Shown here: positions 11,737-24,300 of the stretch, piece by piece | Layout of the letters: each line of letters begins with the position of its first letter | Position numbering within the stretch: the first letter of the stretch is position 1 | Source: Eledone cirrhosa | Taxonomy: Eukaryota | Direction: 5' to 3' | Assembly (NCBI GenBank): GCA_964016885.1 | Contig: OZ024743.1 | Coordinates: forward strand, 132,494,001-132,558,000 | DNA length: 64,000 nucleotides | Program-made: the position numbers and the translations under genes | The notes under the pieces: model-generated | The model's database searches: none | What the model was told of the DNA's origin: nothing | Seen by the model: only the letters and a program-made list of their open reading frames with translations

Positions 11737-14700
11737 GTGCTTGGGGTTTGGTGTTTTGTGCTTGGTGCTTGGTGTTTGGTGCTTGGTGCTTGGTGTTTGG
11801 TGTTTGGTGCTTGGTGCTTGGTGTTTGGTGTTTGGTGTTTGCTGTTTGGTGTTTGGTGTTTGGTGTTTGCTGTTTGGTGTCTGCTTTTTGGTGTTTGGTG
11901 TTGGCTGTATGTTATTTGCTGTTTGGTGTTTGGTGTTTGGTGTTTGGAGCTTGGTGCTTGGTGTTTGGTGTTTGGTGCTTGGTGCTTGGAGTTTGGTGTT
12001 TGGTGCTTGGTGCTTGGTGTTTTGTGTTTGGTGTTTGGTTTTTGGTGCTTGGTGCTTGGTGCTTGTTGCTTGGTCCTTGGTGTTTGGTGCTTGGTGCTTG
12101 GTGTTTGTACTTGGTGCTTGGTGCTTGGTGTTTGGTTCTTGGTTCTTGGTGTTTGGTACTTGGTGCTTGGTGCTTGGTGCTTGGTGTTTGGTGTTTGGTG
12201 CTTGGTGTTTGGTGCCTGGTGCTTGGTGCTTGGTGTTAGGTGTTTGGTGCTTGGTGCTTGGTGTTTGGTGCTTGGTGTTTGCTGTTTGCTGTTTGGTGTT
12301 TGGTGTTTGGTGTTTGGTGTTTGCTGTTTGGTGTCTGCTTTTTGGTGTTTGGTGTTTGCTGTATGGTGTTTGCTGTTTCGTGTTTGGTGTTTGCTGTTTG
12401 GTGTTTGGTGTTTGCTGTTTGGTGTTTGGTCTTTGGTGCTTGGTGTTTGGTGCTTGGTGCTTGGTGTTTGGTGTTTGGTGCTTGGTGCTTGGTGCTTCGT
12501 GTTTGGTGTTTGGTGCTTGGTGTCTGGAGCTTGGTGTTTGGTGTTTGGTGCTTGGTGTTTGGTGTTTGGTGCTTGGTGCTTGGTGTTTGGTGCTTGGTGC
12601 TTGGTGTTTGTACTTGGTGCTTGGTGCTTGGTGTTTGGTGCTTGGTTCTTGGTGTTTGGTGCTTGGTGTTTGGTGTTTGGTGCTTGGTGCTTGGTGTTTG
12701 GTGCTTGGTGCTTGGTGTTTGGTGCCTGGTGCTTGGTACTTGGTGTTTGGTGTTTGGTGCTTGGTGCTTGGTGCTTGGAGTTTGGTGTTTGGTGCTTGGT
12801 GCTTGGTGTTTTGTGTTTGGTGTTTGGTTTTTGGTGCTTGGTGCTTGGTGCTTGGTGCTTAGTCCTTGGTGTTTGGTGCTTGGTGCTTGGTGTTTGTACT
12901 TGGTGCTTGGTGCTTGGTGTTTGGTTCTTTGTTCTTGGTGTTTGGTACTTGGTGCTTGGTGCTTGGTGCTTGGTGTTAGGTGTTTGGTGCTTGGTGCTTG
13001 GTGTTTAGTGCTTGGTGTTTGCTGTCTGGTGTTTGGTGTTTGGTGTTTGCTGTTTGCTGTTTGGTGTCTGCTTTTTGGTGTTTGGTGTTTGCTGTATGGT
13101 GTTTGCTGTTTGGTGTTTGGTGCTTCGTGTTTGGTGTTTGGTCTTTGGTGCTTGGTGTCTGGTGCTTGATGTTTGGTGTTTGGTGTTTGGTGCTTGGTGC
13201 TTGGTGTTTGGTGCTTGGTGCTTGGTGTTTGTACTTGGTGCTTGGTGCTTGGTGTTTGGTGCTTGGTTCTTGGTGTTTGGTGCTTGGTGTTTGGTGCTTG
13301 GTGCTTGGTGTTTGGTGCTTGGTGCTTGGTGTTTGGTGTTTGGTGCTTGGTCCTTGGTGCTTGGTGTTAGGTGTTTGGTGCTTGGTGCTTGGTGTTTAGT
13401 GTTTGGTTCTTGGTGCTTGGTATTTGGTGCTTGGTGCCTGCTGCTTGGTGTTTGGTGCTTGGTGATTGATGCTTGGTGTTTGGTGCTTGGTGCCCAGTGT
13501 TTGGTTTTTGGTGCTAGGGGCTTGGTGCATGGTGTTTGGTGCTTGGTGTTTGGTGTTTGGTGGTTGGTGCTTGGGGACTGGTGTTTGGTACTTGGTGCTT
13601 GGTGCTTGGTGTTTGGTGCTTGGTGCTTGGTGTTTGGTGTTTGGTGCTTGGTGCTTGGTATTTGGTGCTTGGTGCTTGGTGTTTGGTGCTTGGTGCTTGG
13701 TGCTTGTTGATTGGTGATTGGTGCTTGGTGCTTGGTGTTTGGTGTTTGGTGCTTGGGGCTTGGTTTTTGGTGCTGCGTGCTTGGTGCTTGGTGCTTGGTG
13801 CTTGGTGCTTGGTGTTTGATGCTTGGTGTTTGATGCTTTGTGTTTGGTGTTTGGTGTTTGGTGCTTGGTGTTTGGTGTTTGATGCTTGGTGCTTGATGCT
13901 TGGTGCTTGGTGTTTGGTGCTTGGTGTTTGGTGTTTGGTGTTTGGTGCTTGGTGCTTGGTGTTTGGTGCTTGGTGCTTGGTGCTTGTTGTTTGACGATTG
14001 GTACTTGGTACTTGGTGTTTGGTGTTTGGTGCTTGGGGCTTGGTGTTTGGTGCTGCGTGCTTGGTGCTTGGTGCTTGGTGCTTGGTGCTTGGTGTTTTGT
14101 GTTTGGTGTTTGATGCTTGGTGCTTGGTGTTTGGTGTTTGCTGTTTGCTGTTTGCTGTTTGGTGTTTGCTGTTTGGTGTTTGGTGTTTGGTGTTTGCTGT
14201 TTGGTGTTTGCTGTTTGGTGTTTGGTGCTTGCTGTTTGGTGCTTGGTGTTTGGTGCTTGGTGCTTGGTGTTTGGTGTTTGGTGTTTGGTGCTTGGTGCTT
14301 GGGGCTTGATTTGGTGCTTGGTGCTTGGTGCTTGGTGTTTGGTGTTTGGTGCTTGGTGTTTGGTGCTTGGTGCTTGGTGCTGGGTGTTTGGTGCTTGGTG
14401 TTTGGTGCATGGTGCTTGGTGCTTGTTGTTTGTCGCTTGTTGCTTGGTGCTTGGTGTTTGGTGCTTGGTGCTTGGTGTTTGGTGTTTGGTGCTTGGTGCT
14501 TGGTGTTTGGTGTTTGGTGCTTGGTGTTTGGTGTTTGGTGCTTGGTGCTTGGTGTTTGCTGCTTGGTACTTGGTGCATGGTGTTTGGTGCTTGGTGTTTG
14601 GTGCTTGGTGCTTGGTGTTTGGTGTTTGGTGTTTGATGCTTGGTGTTTTATGCTTGGTGCTTGGTGTTTGGTGCTTGGTGTTTGTACTTGGTGCTTGGTG

Positions 14701-17700
14701 CTTGGTGTTTTGTGCTTGGTTCTTGGTGTTTGGTGTTTGGTGCTTGGTACTTGGTGCTTGGTGTTAGGTGTTTGGTGCTTGGTGCTTGGTGTTTGGTGTT
14801 TGGTCCTTGGTGCTTGGTGCTTGGTGTTTAGTGCTTGGTGCTTGGTGTTTGTTGTTTGGTGCTTTCTGCTTGCTGCTTGGTGTTTGCTGCTTGGTGCTTG
14901 GTGCTTGGTGTTTGGAGTTTGGTGCTAGGTGCTTGGTGTTTGGTGTTTGGTGTTTGATGCTTGGTGTTTGGTGCTTGGTGTTTGGTGCTTGGTGCTTGGG
15001 GCTTGGTGTTTGGTGCTTGGTGCTTGGTGCTTGGTGTTTGGTGCTTGGTGTTTGGTGTTTGGTGTTTGATGCTTGGTGTTTGGTGCTTGGTGTTTGGTGC
15101 TTGGTGCTTGGGGCTTGGTGTTTGGTGCTTGGTGCTTGGTGCTTGGTGTTTGGTGCTTGATGTTTGGTGTTTGGTGTTTGATGCTTGGTGTTTGGTGCTT
15201 GGTGTTTGGTGCTTGGTGCTTGGGGCTTGGTGTTTGGTGTTTGGTGCTTGGTGCTTGGTGTTTGGTGCTTGGTACTTGGTGCTGGGTGGTTGGTATTTGG
15301 TGCTTGGTGCTTGGTGTTTGGTGCTTGGTGCTTGGTGCTTGGTGTTTGGTGCTTGGTGCTTGGTGCTTGGTCTTTGGTGCTTGGTGTTTGGTGTTTGGTG
15401 CTTGGTGCTTTGTGTTTGGTGCTTGGTGATTAGTGTTTGGTACTTGGTGCTTGGGGTTTGGTGTTTGGTGCTTGGTACTTGGTGTTTGGTGCTTGGTGTT
15501 TGGTGTTTGCTGTTTGGTGTTTGGTGTTTGGTGTTTGCTGTATGGTGTTTGCTGTTTCGTGTTTGGTGTTTGCTGTTTGGTGTTTGGTGTTTGCTGTTTG
15601 GTGTTTGGTCTTTGGTGCTTGGTGTTTGGTGCTTGGTGCTTGGTGTTTGGTGTTTGGTGCTTGGTGTTTGGTGTTTGGTGCTTGGTGCTTGGTGCTTGGT
15701 GTTTGGTGTTTGGTGTTTGGTGCTTGGTGTCTGGTGCTTGGTGTTTGGTGTTTGGTGTTTGGTGCTTGGTGTTTGGTGTTTGGTGTTTGGTGTTTGGTGC
15801 TTGTTGCTTGGTACTTGGTGCTTGGTGTTTGGTGCTTGGTGCTTGGTGCTTGGTGTTTGGTGTTTGGTGCTTGGTGCTTGGTGCTTGGTGTTTGGTGTTT
15901 GGTGCTTGGTGTTTGGTGCTTGGTGCTTGGTGTTTGGTGCTGGGTGCTTGGTGTTTGGTGCTTGGTGCTTGGTGCTTGGTGTTTGATGTTTGGTGCTTGG
16001 TGCTTGGTGTTTGGTGCTTGGTGCTTGGTGTTTGTACTTGGTGCTTGGTGCTTGGTTCTTGGTGTTTGGTGCTTGGTGCTTGGTGCTTGGTGCTTGGTGT
16101 TTGGTGCTTGGTGTTTGGTGCTTGGTGTTTGGTGCTTGGTGCCTGGTGGTTGGTGCTTGGTGTTTGGTGCTTGGTGTTTGGTGCTTGGTATTAGGTGTTT
16201 GGTGCTTGGTGCTTGGTGTTTGGTGTTTGGTGCTTGGTGTTTGGTGCTTGGTGCTTGGTGTTTGGTGTTTGGTGCTTGGTGTTTGGTGCTTGGTACTTGG
16301 TGCTTGGTGCTTGGTGTTAGGTGTTTGGTGCTTGGTGCTTGGTGTTTGGTTTTTGGTGCTTGGTGCTTGGTGTTTGGTGTTTGGTGCTTGCTGCTGGCTG
16401 CTTGGTGTTTGGTGCTTGGTGATTGGTGCTTGGTGTTTGGTGCTTGGTGTTTGGTGTTTGGTACTAGGTGGTTGGTGCTTGGTGTTTGGTGCTTGGTGCT
16501 TGGTGTTTGGTGTTTGGTGCTTGGTGCTTGGTGTTTGGTGCTTGGTGCTGGGTGCTGGGTGGTTGGTGTTTGGTGTTTGGTGTTTGGTGCTGGGTGCTTG
16601 GTGTTTGGTGCTTGGTGCTTGGTCTTTGGTCTTTGTGTTTGGTGTTTGGTGCTTGGTACTTGGTGCTTGGTGTTTGGTGCTTGGTGCTTGGTGTTTGGTG
16701 CTTGGTGCTTAGTGTTTGGTGCTAGGTGCTTGGGGTTTGGTGTTTGGTGCTTGGTGCTTGGTGTTTGGTGCTTGGTGCTTGGTGTTTGGTGTTTGGTGCT
16801 TGGTGCTTGGTGTTTGGTGTTTGGTGTTTGCTGTTTGCTGTTTGGTGTTTGGTGTTTGCTGTTTGGTGTCTGCTTTTTGGTGTTTGGTGTTGGCTGTATG
16901 TTATTTGCTGTTTGGTGTTTGGTGTTTGGTGTTTGGTGCTTGGTGCTTGGTGTTTGGTGTTTGGTGCTTGGTGCTTGGAGTTTGGTGTTTGGTGCTTGGT
17001 GCTTGGTGTTTTGTGTTTGGTGTTTGGTTTTTGGTGCTTGGTGCTTGGTGCTTGTTGCTTGGTCCTTGGTGTTTGGTGCTTGGTGCTTGGTGTTTGTACT
17101 TGGTGCTTGGTGCTTGGTGTTTGGTTCTTGGTTCTTGGTGTTTGGTACTTGGTGCTTGGTGCTTGGTGCTTGGTGTTTGGTGTTTGGTGCTTGGTGTTTG
17201 GTGCCTGGTGCTTGGTGCTTGGTGTTAGGTGTTTGGTGCTTGGTGCTTGGTGTTTGGTGCTTGGTGTTTGGTGTTTGCTGTTTGGTGTTTGGTGTTTGGT
17301 GTTTGGTGTTTGCTGTTTGGTGTCTGCTTTTTGGTGTTTGGTGTTTGCTGTATGGTGTTTGCTGTTTCGTGTTTGGTGTTTGCTGTTTGGTGTTTGGTGT
17401 TTGCTGTTTGGTGTTTGGTCTTTGGTGCTTGGTGTTTGGTGCTTGGTGCTTGGTGTTTGGTGTTTGGTGCTTGGTGCTTGGTGCTTCGTGTTTGGTGTTT
17501 GGTGCTTGGTGTCTGGAGCTTGGTGTTTGGTGTTTGGTGCTTGGTGTTTGGTGTTTGGTGCTTGGTGCTTGGTGTTTGGTGCTTGGTGCTTGGTGTTTGT
17601 ACTTGGTGCTTGGTGCTTGGTGTTTGGTGCTTGGTTCTTGGTGTTTGGTGCTTGGTGTTTGGTGCTTGGTGCTTGGTGTTTGGTGCTTGGTGCTTGGTGT

Positions 17701-19744
17701 TTGGTGTTTGGTGCTTGGTGCTTGGTGCTTGGTGTTTGATGTTTGGTGCTTGGTGCTTGGTGTTTGGTGTTTGGTTCTTGGTGCTTGGTATTTGGTGCTT
17801 GGTACTTGCTGCTTGGTGTTTGGTGCTTGGTGATTGATGCTTGGTGTTTGATGCTTGGTGCTTGGTGTTTGGTTTTTGGTGCTAGGTGCTTGGTGCTTGG
17901 TGTTTGGTGCTTGGTGTTTGGTGTTTGCTGCTTGGTGCTTGGGGCTTGGTGTTTGGTACTTGGTGCTTGGTGCTTGGTGTTTGGTGCTTGGTGCTTGGTG
18001 TATGGTGTTTGGTGTTTGGTGCTTGGTGTTTGGTGTTTGGTGCTTGGTGCTTGGTGTTTGTTGCTTGGTACTTGGTTCATGGTGTTTGGTGCCGGGTGCT
18101 TGGTGTTTGGTGCTTGGTGCTTGGTGTTTGGTGTTTGGTGCTTGGTGTTTGGTGTTTGGTGCTTGGTGCTTGGTGTTTGTTTGCTTGGTACTTGGTGCAT
18201 GGTGTTTGGTGCTGGGTGCTTGGTGTTTGGTGCTTGGTGTTTGGTGCTTGGTGCTTGGTGTTTGGTGTTTGGTGTTTGATGCTTGGTGTTTGATGCTTGG
18301 TGCTTGGTGCTTGGTGTTTGGTGCTTGGTGTTTGTACTTGGTGCTTGGTGTTTTGTGCTTGGTTCTTTGTGTTTGGTGTTTGGTGCTTGGTGCTTGGTGC
18401 TTGGTGTTAGGTGTTTGGTGCTTGGTGCTTGGTGTTTGGTGTTTGGTCCTTGGTGCTTGGTGTTTAGTGCTTGGTGCTTGGTGTTTGTTGTTTGGTGCTT
18501 TCTGCTTGCTGCTTGGCGTTTGGTGCTTGGTGCTTGGTGCTTGGTGTTTGGTGTTTGGTGCTAGGTGCTTGGTGTTTGGTGTTTGGTGTTTGATGCTTGG
18601 TTTTTGGTGCTTGGTGTTTGGTGTTTTGTGCTTGGTGCTTGGGGCTTGGTGTTTAGTGCTTGGTGCTTGGTGCTTGGTGTTTGGTGCTTGGTGCTTGGTG
18701 TTTGGTGTTTGGTGTTTGGTGCTTGGTGCTTGGTGTTTGGTGCTTGGTGCTTGGTGCTGGGTGGTTGGTATTTGGTGCTTGGTGCTTGGTGTTTGGTGCT
18801 TGGTGCTTGGTGCTTGGTGTTTGGTGCTTGGTGCTTGGTGCTTGGTCTTTGGTGCTTGGTGTTTGGTGCTTGGTGCTTGGTGCTTGGTGTTTGGTGCTTG
18901 GTGATTAGTGTTTGGTGCTTGGTGCTTGGGGTTTGGTGTTTGGTGCTTGGTACTTGGTGTTTGGTGCTTGGTGTTTGGTGTTTGCTGTTTGGTGTTTGGT
19001 GTTTGCTGTTTGCTGTTTGCTGTTTGCTTTTTGGTGTTTGGTGTTTGCTGTATGGTGTTTGCTGTTTGGTGTTTGGTGTTTGCTGTTTGGTGTTTGGTGT
19101 TTGCTGTTTGGTCTTTGGTGCTTGGTGTTTGGTGCTTGGTGCTTGGTGTTTGGTGTTTGGTGCTTGGTGCTTGGTGTTTGGTGTTTGTTGCTTGGTGCTT
19201 GGTGCTTGGTGTTTGGTGTTTGGTGTTTGGCGCTTGGTGTCTGGTGCTTGGTGTTTGGTGTTTGGTGTTTGGTGCTTGGTGTTTGGTGTTTGGTGTTTGG
19301 TGCTTGGTGTTTGGTGTTTGGTGTTTGGTGTTTGGTGCTTGTTGCTTGGTGCTTGGTGCTTGGGGTTTGGTTCTTGGTTCTTGGTGTTTGGTACTTGGTG
19401 CTTGGTGTTTGGTGCTGGGTGCTTGGTGTTTGGTGCTTGGTGCTTGGTGCTTGCTGTTTGGTGTTTGGTGCTTGGTGCTTGGTGTTTGGTGTTTGGTGTT
19501 ATATGCTTGGTGTTTGATGCTTGGTGCTTGGTGCTTGGTATTTGGTGTTTGGTGCTTGGTGTTTGTACTTGGTGCTTGGTTCTTGGTTCTTGGTGCTTGG
19601 TGCTTGGTGCTTGGTGCTTGGTGCTTGGTGCTTGGTGTTTGGTGCTTGGTGTTTGGTGCTTGGTGTTTGGTGCTTGGTGCCTGGTGCTTGGTGCTTGGTG
19701 CTTGGTGTTTGGTGCTTGGTGTTTGGTGCTTGGTGTTAGGTGTT

Positions 19745-21385
19745 TGGTGCTTGGTGCTTGGTGTTTGGTGTTTGGTGCTTGGTGTTTGGTGCTTGGTGCT
19801 TGGTGTTTGGTGTTTGGTGCTTGGTGTTTGGTGCTTGGTACTTGGTGCTTGGTGCTTGGTGTTAGGTGTTTGGTGCTTGGTGCTTGGTGTTTGGTTTTTG
19901 GTGCTTGGTGCTTGGTGTTTGGTGTTTGGTGCTTGCTGCTGGCTGCTTGGTGTTTGGTGCTTGGTTATTGGTGCTTGGTGTTTGGTGCTTGGTGTTTGGT
20001 GTTTGGTACTAGGTGCTTGGTGTTTGGTGTTTGGTGCTTGGTGCTTGGTGTTTGGTGTTTGGTGTTTGGTGCTTGGTGCTTGGTGCTTGGTGCTGGGTGG
20101 TTGGTGTTTGGTGCTTGGTGATTAGTGTTTGGTGCTAGGTGCTTGGGGTTTGGTGTTTGGTGCTTGGTGCTTGGTGTTTGGTGCTTGGTGCTTGGTGTTT
20201 GGTGCTTGGTGCTTGGTGTTTGCTGTTTGCTGTTTGCTGTTTGGTGTTTGTTGTTTGGTGTTTGTTGATTGGTGTTTGCTGTTTGGTGCTTGGTGCTTGG
20301 TCTTTGGTGCTTGGTGTTTGGTGTTTGGTGCTTGGTGCTTTGTGTTTGGTGCTTGGTGATTAGTGTTTGGTGCTTGGTGCTTGGGGTTTGGTGTTTGGTG
20401 CTTGGTACTTGTTGTTTGGTGCTTGGTGTTTGGTGTTTGCTGTTTGGTGTTTGGTGTTTGGTGTTTGCTGTATGGTGTTTGCTGTTTCGTGTTTGGTGTT
20501 TGCTGTTTGGTGTTTGGTGTTTGCTGTTTGGTGTTTGGTATTTGGTGCTTGGTGTTTGTTGCTTGGTGCTTGGTGCTTGGTGTTTGGTGTTTGGTGCTTG
20601 GTGTTTGGTGCTTGGTGCTTGGTGTTTGGTGTTTGGTGCTTGGTGTTTGGTGCTTGGTACTTGGTGCTTGGTGCTTGGTGTTAGGTGTTTGGTGCTTGGT
20701 GCTTGGTGTTTGGTTTTTGGTGCTTGGTGCTTGGTGTTTGGTGTTTGGTGCTTGCTGCTGGCTGCTTGGTGTTTGGTGCTTGGTTATTGGTGCTTGGTGT
20801 TTGGTGCTTGGTGTTTGGTGTTTGGTACTAGGTGCTTGGTGTTTGGTGTTTGGTGCTTGGTGCTTGGTGTTTGGTGTTTGGTGTTTGGTGCTTGGTGCTT
20901 GGTGCTTGGTGCTGGGTGGTTGGTGTTTGGTGCTTGGTGATTAGTGTTTGGTGCTAGGTGCTTGGGGTTTGGTGTTTGGTGCTTGGTGCTTGGTGTTTGG
21001 TGCTTGGTGCTTGGTGTTTGGTGCTTGGTGCTTGGTGTTTGCTGTTTGCTGTTTGCTGTTTGGTGTTTGTTGTTTGGTGTTTGTTGATTGGTGTTTGCTG
21101 TTTGGTGCTTGGTGCTTGGTCTTTGGTGCTTGGTGTTTGGTGTTTGGTGCTTGGTGCTTTGTGTTTGGTGCTTGGTGATTAGTGTTTGGTGCTTGGTGCT
21201 TGGGGTTTGGTGTTTGGTGCTTGGTACTTGTTGTTTGGTGCTTGGTGTTTGGTGTTTGCTGTTTGGTGTTTGGTGTTTGGTGTTTGTTGTATGGTGTTTG
21301 CTGTTTCGTGTTTGGTGTTTGCTGTTTGGTGTTTGGTGTTTGCTGTTTGGTGTTTGGTATTTGGTGCTTGGTGTTTGTTGCTTGG
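19745..21385 (+). repeat. 819-bp (117-heptamer) tandem duplication
   Basis: ORFs 20129/20948, 20269/21088 and 20363/21182. The private variant TTGGTTA occurs at 19961 and 20780. Confidence 0.88.
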
Positions 21386-24300
21386 TGCTTGGTGTTTGGT
21401 GTTTGGTGCTTGGTGTTTGGTGTTTGGTGCTTGGTGCTTGGTGCTTGGTGTTTGGTGTTTGGTGTTTGGTGCTTGGTGTCTGGTGCTTGGTGTTTGGTGT
21501 TTGGTGTTTGGTGCTTGGTGTCTGGTGTTTGGTGTTTGGTGTTTGGTGCTTGTTGCTTGGTACTTGGTGCTTGGTGTTTGGTGCTTGGTGCTTGGTGTTT
21601 GGTGCTGGGTGCTTGGTGTTTGGTGCTTGGTGCTTGGTGCTTGGTGTTTGGTGTTTGGTGCTTGGTGCTTGGTGCTTGGTGTTTGGTGTTTGGTGCTTGG
21701 TATTTTATGCTTGGTGTTTGATGTTTGGTGCTTGGTGCTTGGTGTTTGGTGCTTGGTGCTTGGTGTTTGTACTTGGTGCTTGGTGCTTGGTTCTTGGTGT
21801 TTGGTGCTTGGTGCTTGGTGCTTGGTGCTTGGTGTTTGGTGCTTGGTGTTTGGTGCTTGGTGTTTGGTGCTTGGTGCCTGGTGCTTGGTGCTTGGTGCTT
21901 GGTGTTTGGTGCTTGGTGTTTGGTGCTTGGTATTAGGTGTTTGGTGCTTGGTGCTTGGTGTTTGGTGTTTGGTGCTTGGTGTTTGGTGCTTGGTGCTTGG
22001 TGTTTGGTGTTTGGTGCTTGGTGTTTGGTGCTTGGTACTTGGTGCTTGGTGCTTGGTGTTAGGTGTTTGGTGCTTGGTGCTTGGTGTTTGATTTTTGGTG
22101 CTTGGTGCTTGGTGTTTGGTGTTTGGTGCTTGCTGCTGGCTGCTTGGTGTTTGGTGCTTGGTGATTGGTGCTTGGTGTTTGGTGCTTGGTGATTGGTGTT
22201 TGGTACTAGGTGCTTGGTGCTTGGTGTTTGGTGCTTGGTGCTTGGTGTTTGGTGTTTGGTGCTTGGTGCTTGGTGTTTGGTGCTTGGTGCTGGGTGCTGG
22301 GTGGTTGGTGTTTGGTGTTTGGTGTTTGGTCTTTGGTGCTTGGTGCTTGGTGCTTCGTGTTTGGTGCTTGGTGCTTGGTGTTTGGTGCTTGGTGCTTAGT
22401 GTTTGGTGCTAGGTGCTTGTGGTTTGGTGTTTGGTGCTTGGTGCTTGGTGTTTGGTGCTTGGTGCTTGGTGTTTGGTGTTTGGTGCTTGGTGCTTGGTGT
22501 TTGGTGTTTGGTGTTTGCTGTTTGGTGTTTGGTGTTTGGTGTTTGCTGTTTGGTGTCTGCTTTTTGGTGTTTGGTGTTGGCTGTATGTTATTTGCTGTTT
22601 GGTGTTTGGTGTTTGGTGTTTGGTGCTTGGTGCTTGGTGTTTGGTGTTTGGTGCTTGGTGCTTGGAATTTGGTGTTTGGTGCTTGGTGCTTGGTGTTTTG
22701 TGTTTGGTGTTTGGTTTTTGGTGCTTGGTGCTTGGTGCTTGTTGGTTGGTCCTTGGTGTTTGGTTCTTGGTTCTTGGTGTTTGGTACTTGGTGCTTGGTG
22801 CTTGGTGCTTGGTGTTTGGTGTTTGGTGCTTGGTGTTTGGTGCTTGGTGCTTGGTGCTTGGTGTTAGGTGTTTGGTGCTTGGTGCTTGGTGTTTGGTGCT
22901 TGGTGTTTGGTGTTTGCTGTTTGGTGTTTGGTGCTTGGTGTTTGGTGTTTGCTGTTTGGTGTCTGCTTTTTGGTGATTGGTGTTTGGTGTATGGTGTTTG
23001 CTGTTTCGTGTTTGGTGTTTGCTGTTTGGTGTTTGGTGTTTGCTGTTTGGTGTTTGGTCTTTGGTGCTTGGTGTTTGGTGCTTGGTGCTTGGTGTTTGGT
23101 GTTTGGTGCTTGGTGCTTGGTGCCTCGTGTTTGGTGTTTGGTGCTTGGTGTCTGGAGCTTGGTGTTTGGTGTTTGGTGCTTGGTGTTTGGTGTTTGGTGC
23201 TTGGTGATTGGTGTTTGGTGCTTGGTGCTTGGTGTTTGTGCTTGGTGCTTGGTGTTTGGTGTTTGGTGCTTGGTGCTTGGTGCTTGGTGTTTGGTGTTTG
23301 GTGCTTGGTGCTTGGTGTTTGGTGTTTGGTTCTTGGTGCTTGGTATTTGGTGCTTGGTGCTTGCTGCTTGGTGTTTGGTGCTTGGTGATTGATGCTTGGT
23401 GTTTGATGCTTGGTGCTTGGTGTTTGGTTTTTGGTGCTAGGTGCTTGGTGCTTGGTGTTTGGTGCTTGGTGTTTGGTGTTTGCTGCTTGGTGCTTGGGGC
23501 TTGGTGTTTGGTACTTGGTGCTTGGTGCTTGGTGTTTGGTGCTTGGTGCTTGGTGTATGGTGTTTGGTGTTTGGTGCTTGGTGCTTGGTGTTTGTTGCTT
23601 GGTACTTGGTTCATGGTGTTTGGTGCTGGGTGCTTGGTGTTTGGTGCTTGGTGCTTGGTGTTTGGTGTTTGGTGCTTGGTGTTTGGTGTTTGGTGCTTGG
23701 TGCTTGGTGTTTGTTGCTTGGTACTTGGTGCATGGTGTTTGGTGCTGGGTGCTTGGTGTTTGGTGCTTGGTGTTTGGTGCTTGGTGCTTGGTGTTTGGTG
23801 TTTGGTGTTTGATGCTTGGTGTTTGATGCTTGGTGCTTGGTGCTTGGTGTTTGGTGCTTAGTGTTTGTACTTGGTGCTTGGTGTTTTGTGCTTGGTTCTT
23901 TGTGTTTGGTGTTTGGTGCTTGTAGCTTGGTGCTTGGTGTTAGGTGTTTGGTGCTTGGTGCTTGGTGTTTGGTGTTTGGTCCTTGGTGCTTGGTGTTTAG
24001 TGCTTGGTGCTTGGTGTTTGTTGTTTGGTGCTTTCTGCTTGCTGCTTGGCGTTTGGTGCTTGGTGCTTGGTGCTTGTGGTTTGGTGTTTGGTGCTAGGTG
24101 CTTGGTGTTTGGTGTTTGGTGTTTGATTCTTGGTGTTTGGTGCTTGGTGTTTGGTGTTTTGTGCTTGGTGCTTGGGGCTTGGTGTTTAGTGCTTGGTGCT
24201 TGGTGCTTGGTGTTTGGTGTTTGGTGTTTGGTGCTTGGTGCTTGGTGTTTGGTGCTTGGTGCTTGGTGCTGGGTGGTTGGTATTTGGTGCTTGGTGCTTG

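Larger units (their letters stand above)
900..23200 (+). repeat. Large (~10-12.8 kb) higher-order duplication: ~900-12600 versus ~13500-23200
   Basis: Identical or near-identical ORF translations at offsets 12620 (1705/14325), 12767 (2670/15437, 3223/15990, 5088/17855, 6754/19521), 10172 (8393/18565, 9957/20129) and 10991 (10191/21182). Shared rare units: TTGAT (1686/14306) and TTGTTTGC (5410/18177). Confidence 0.85.
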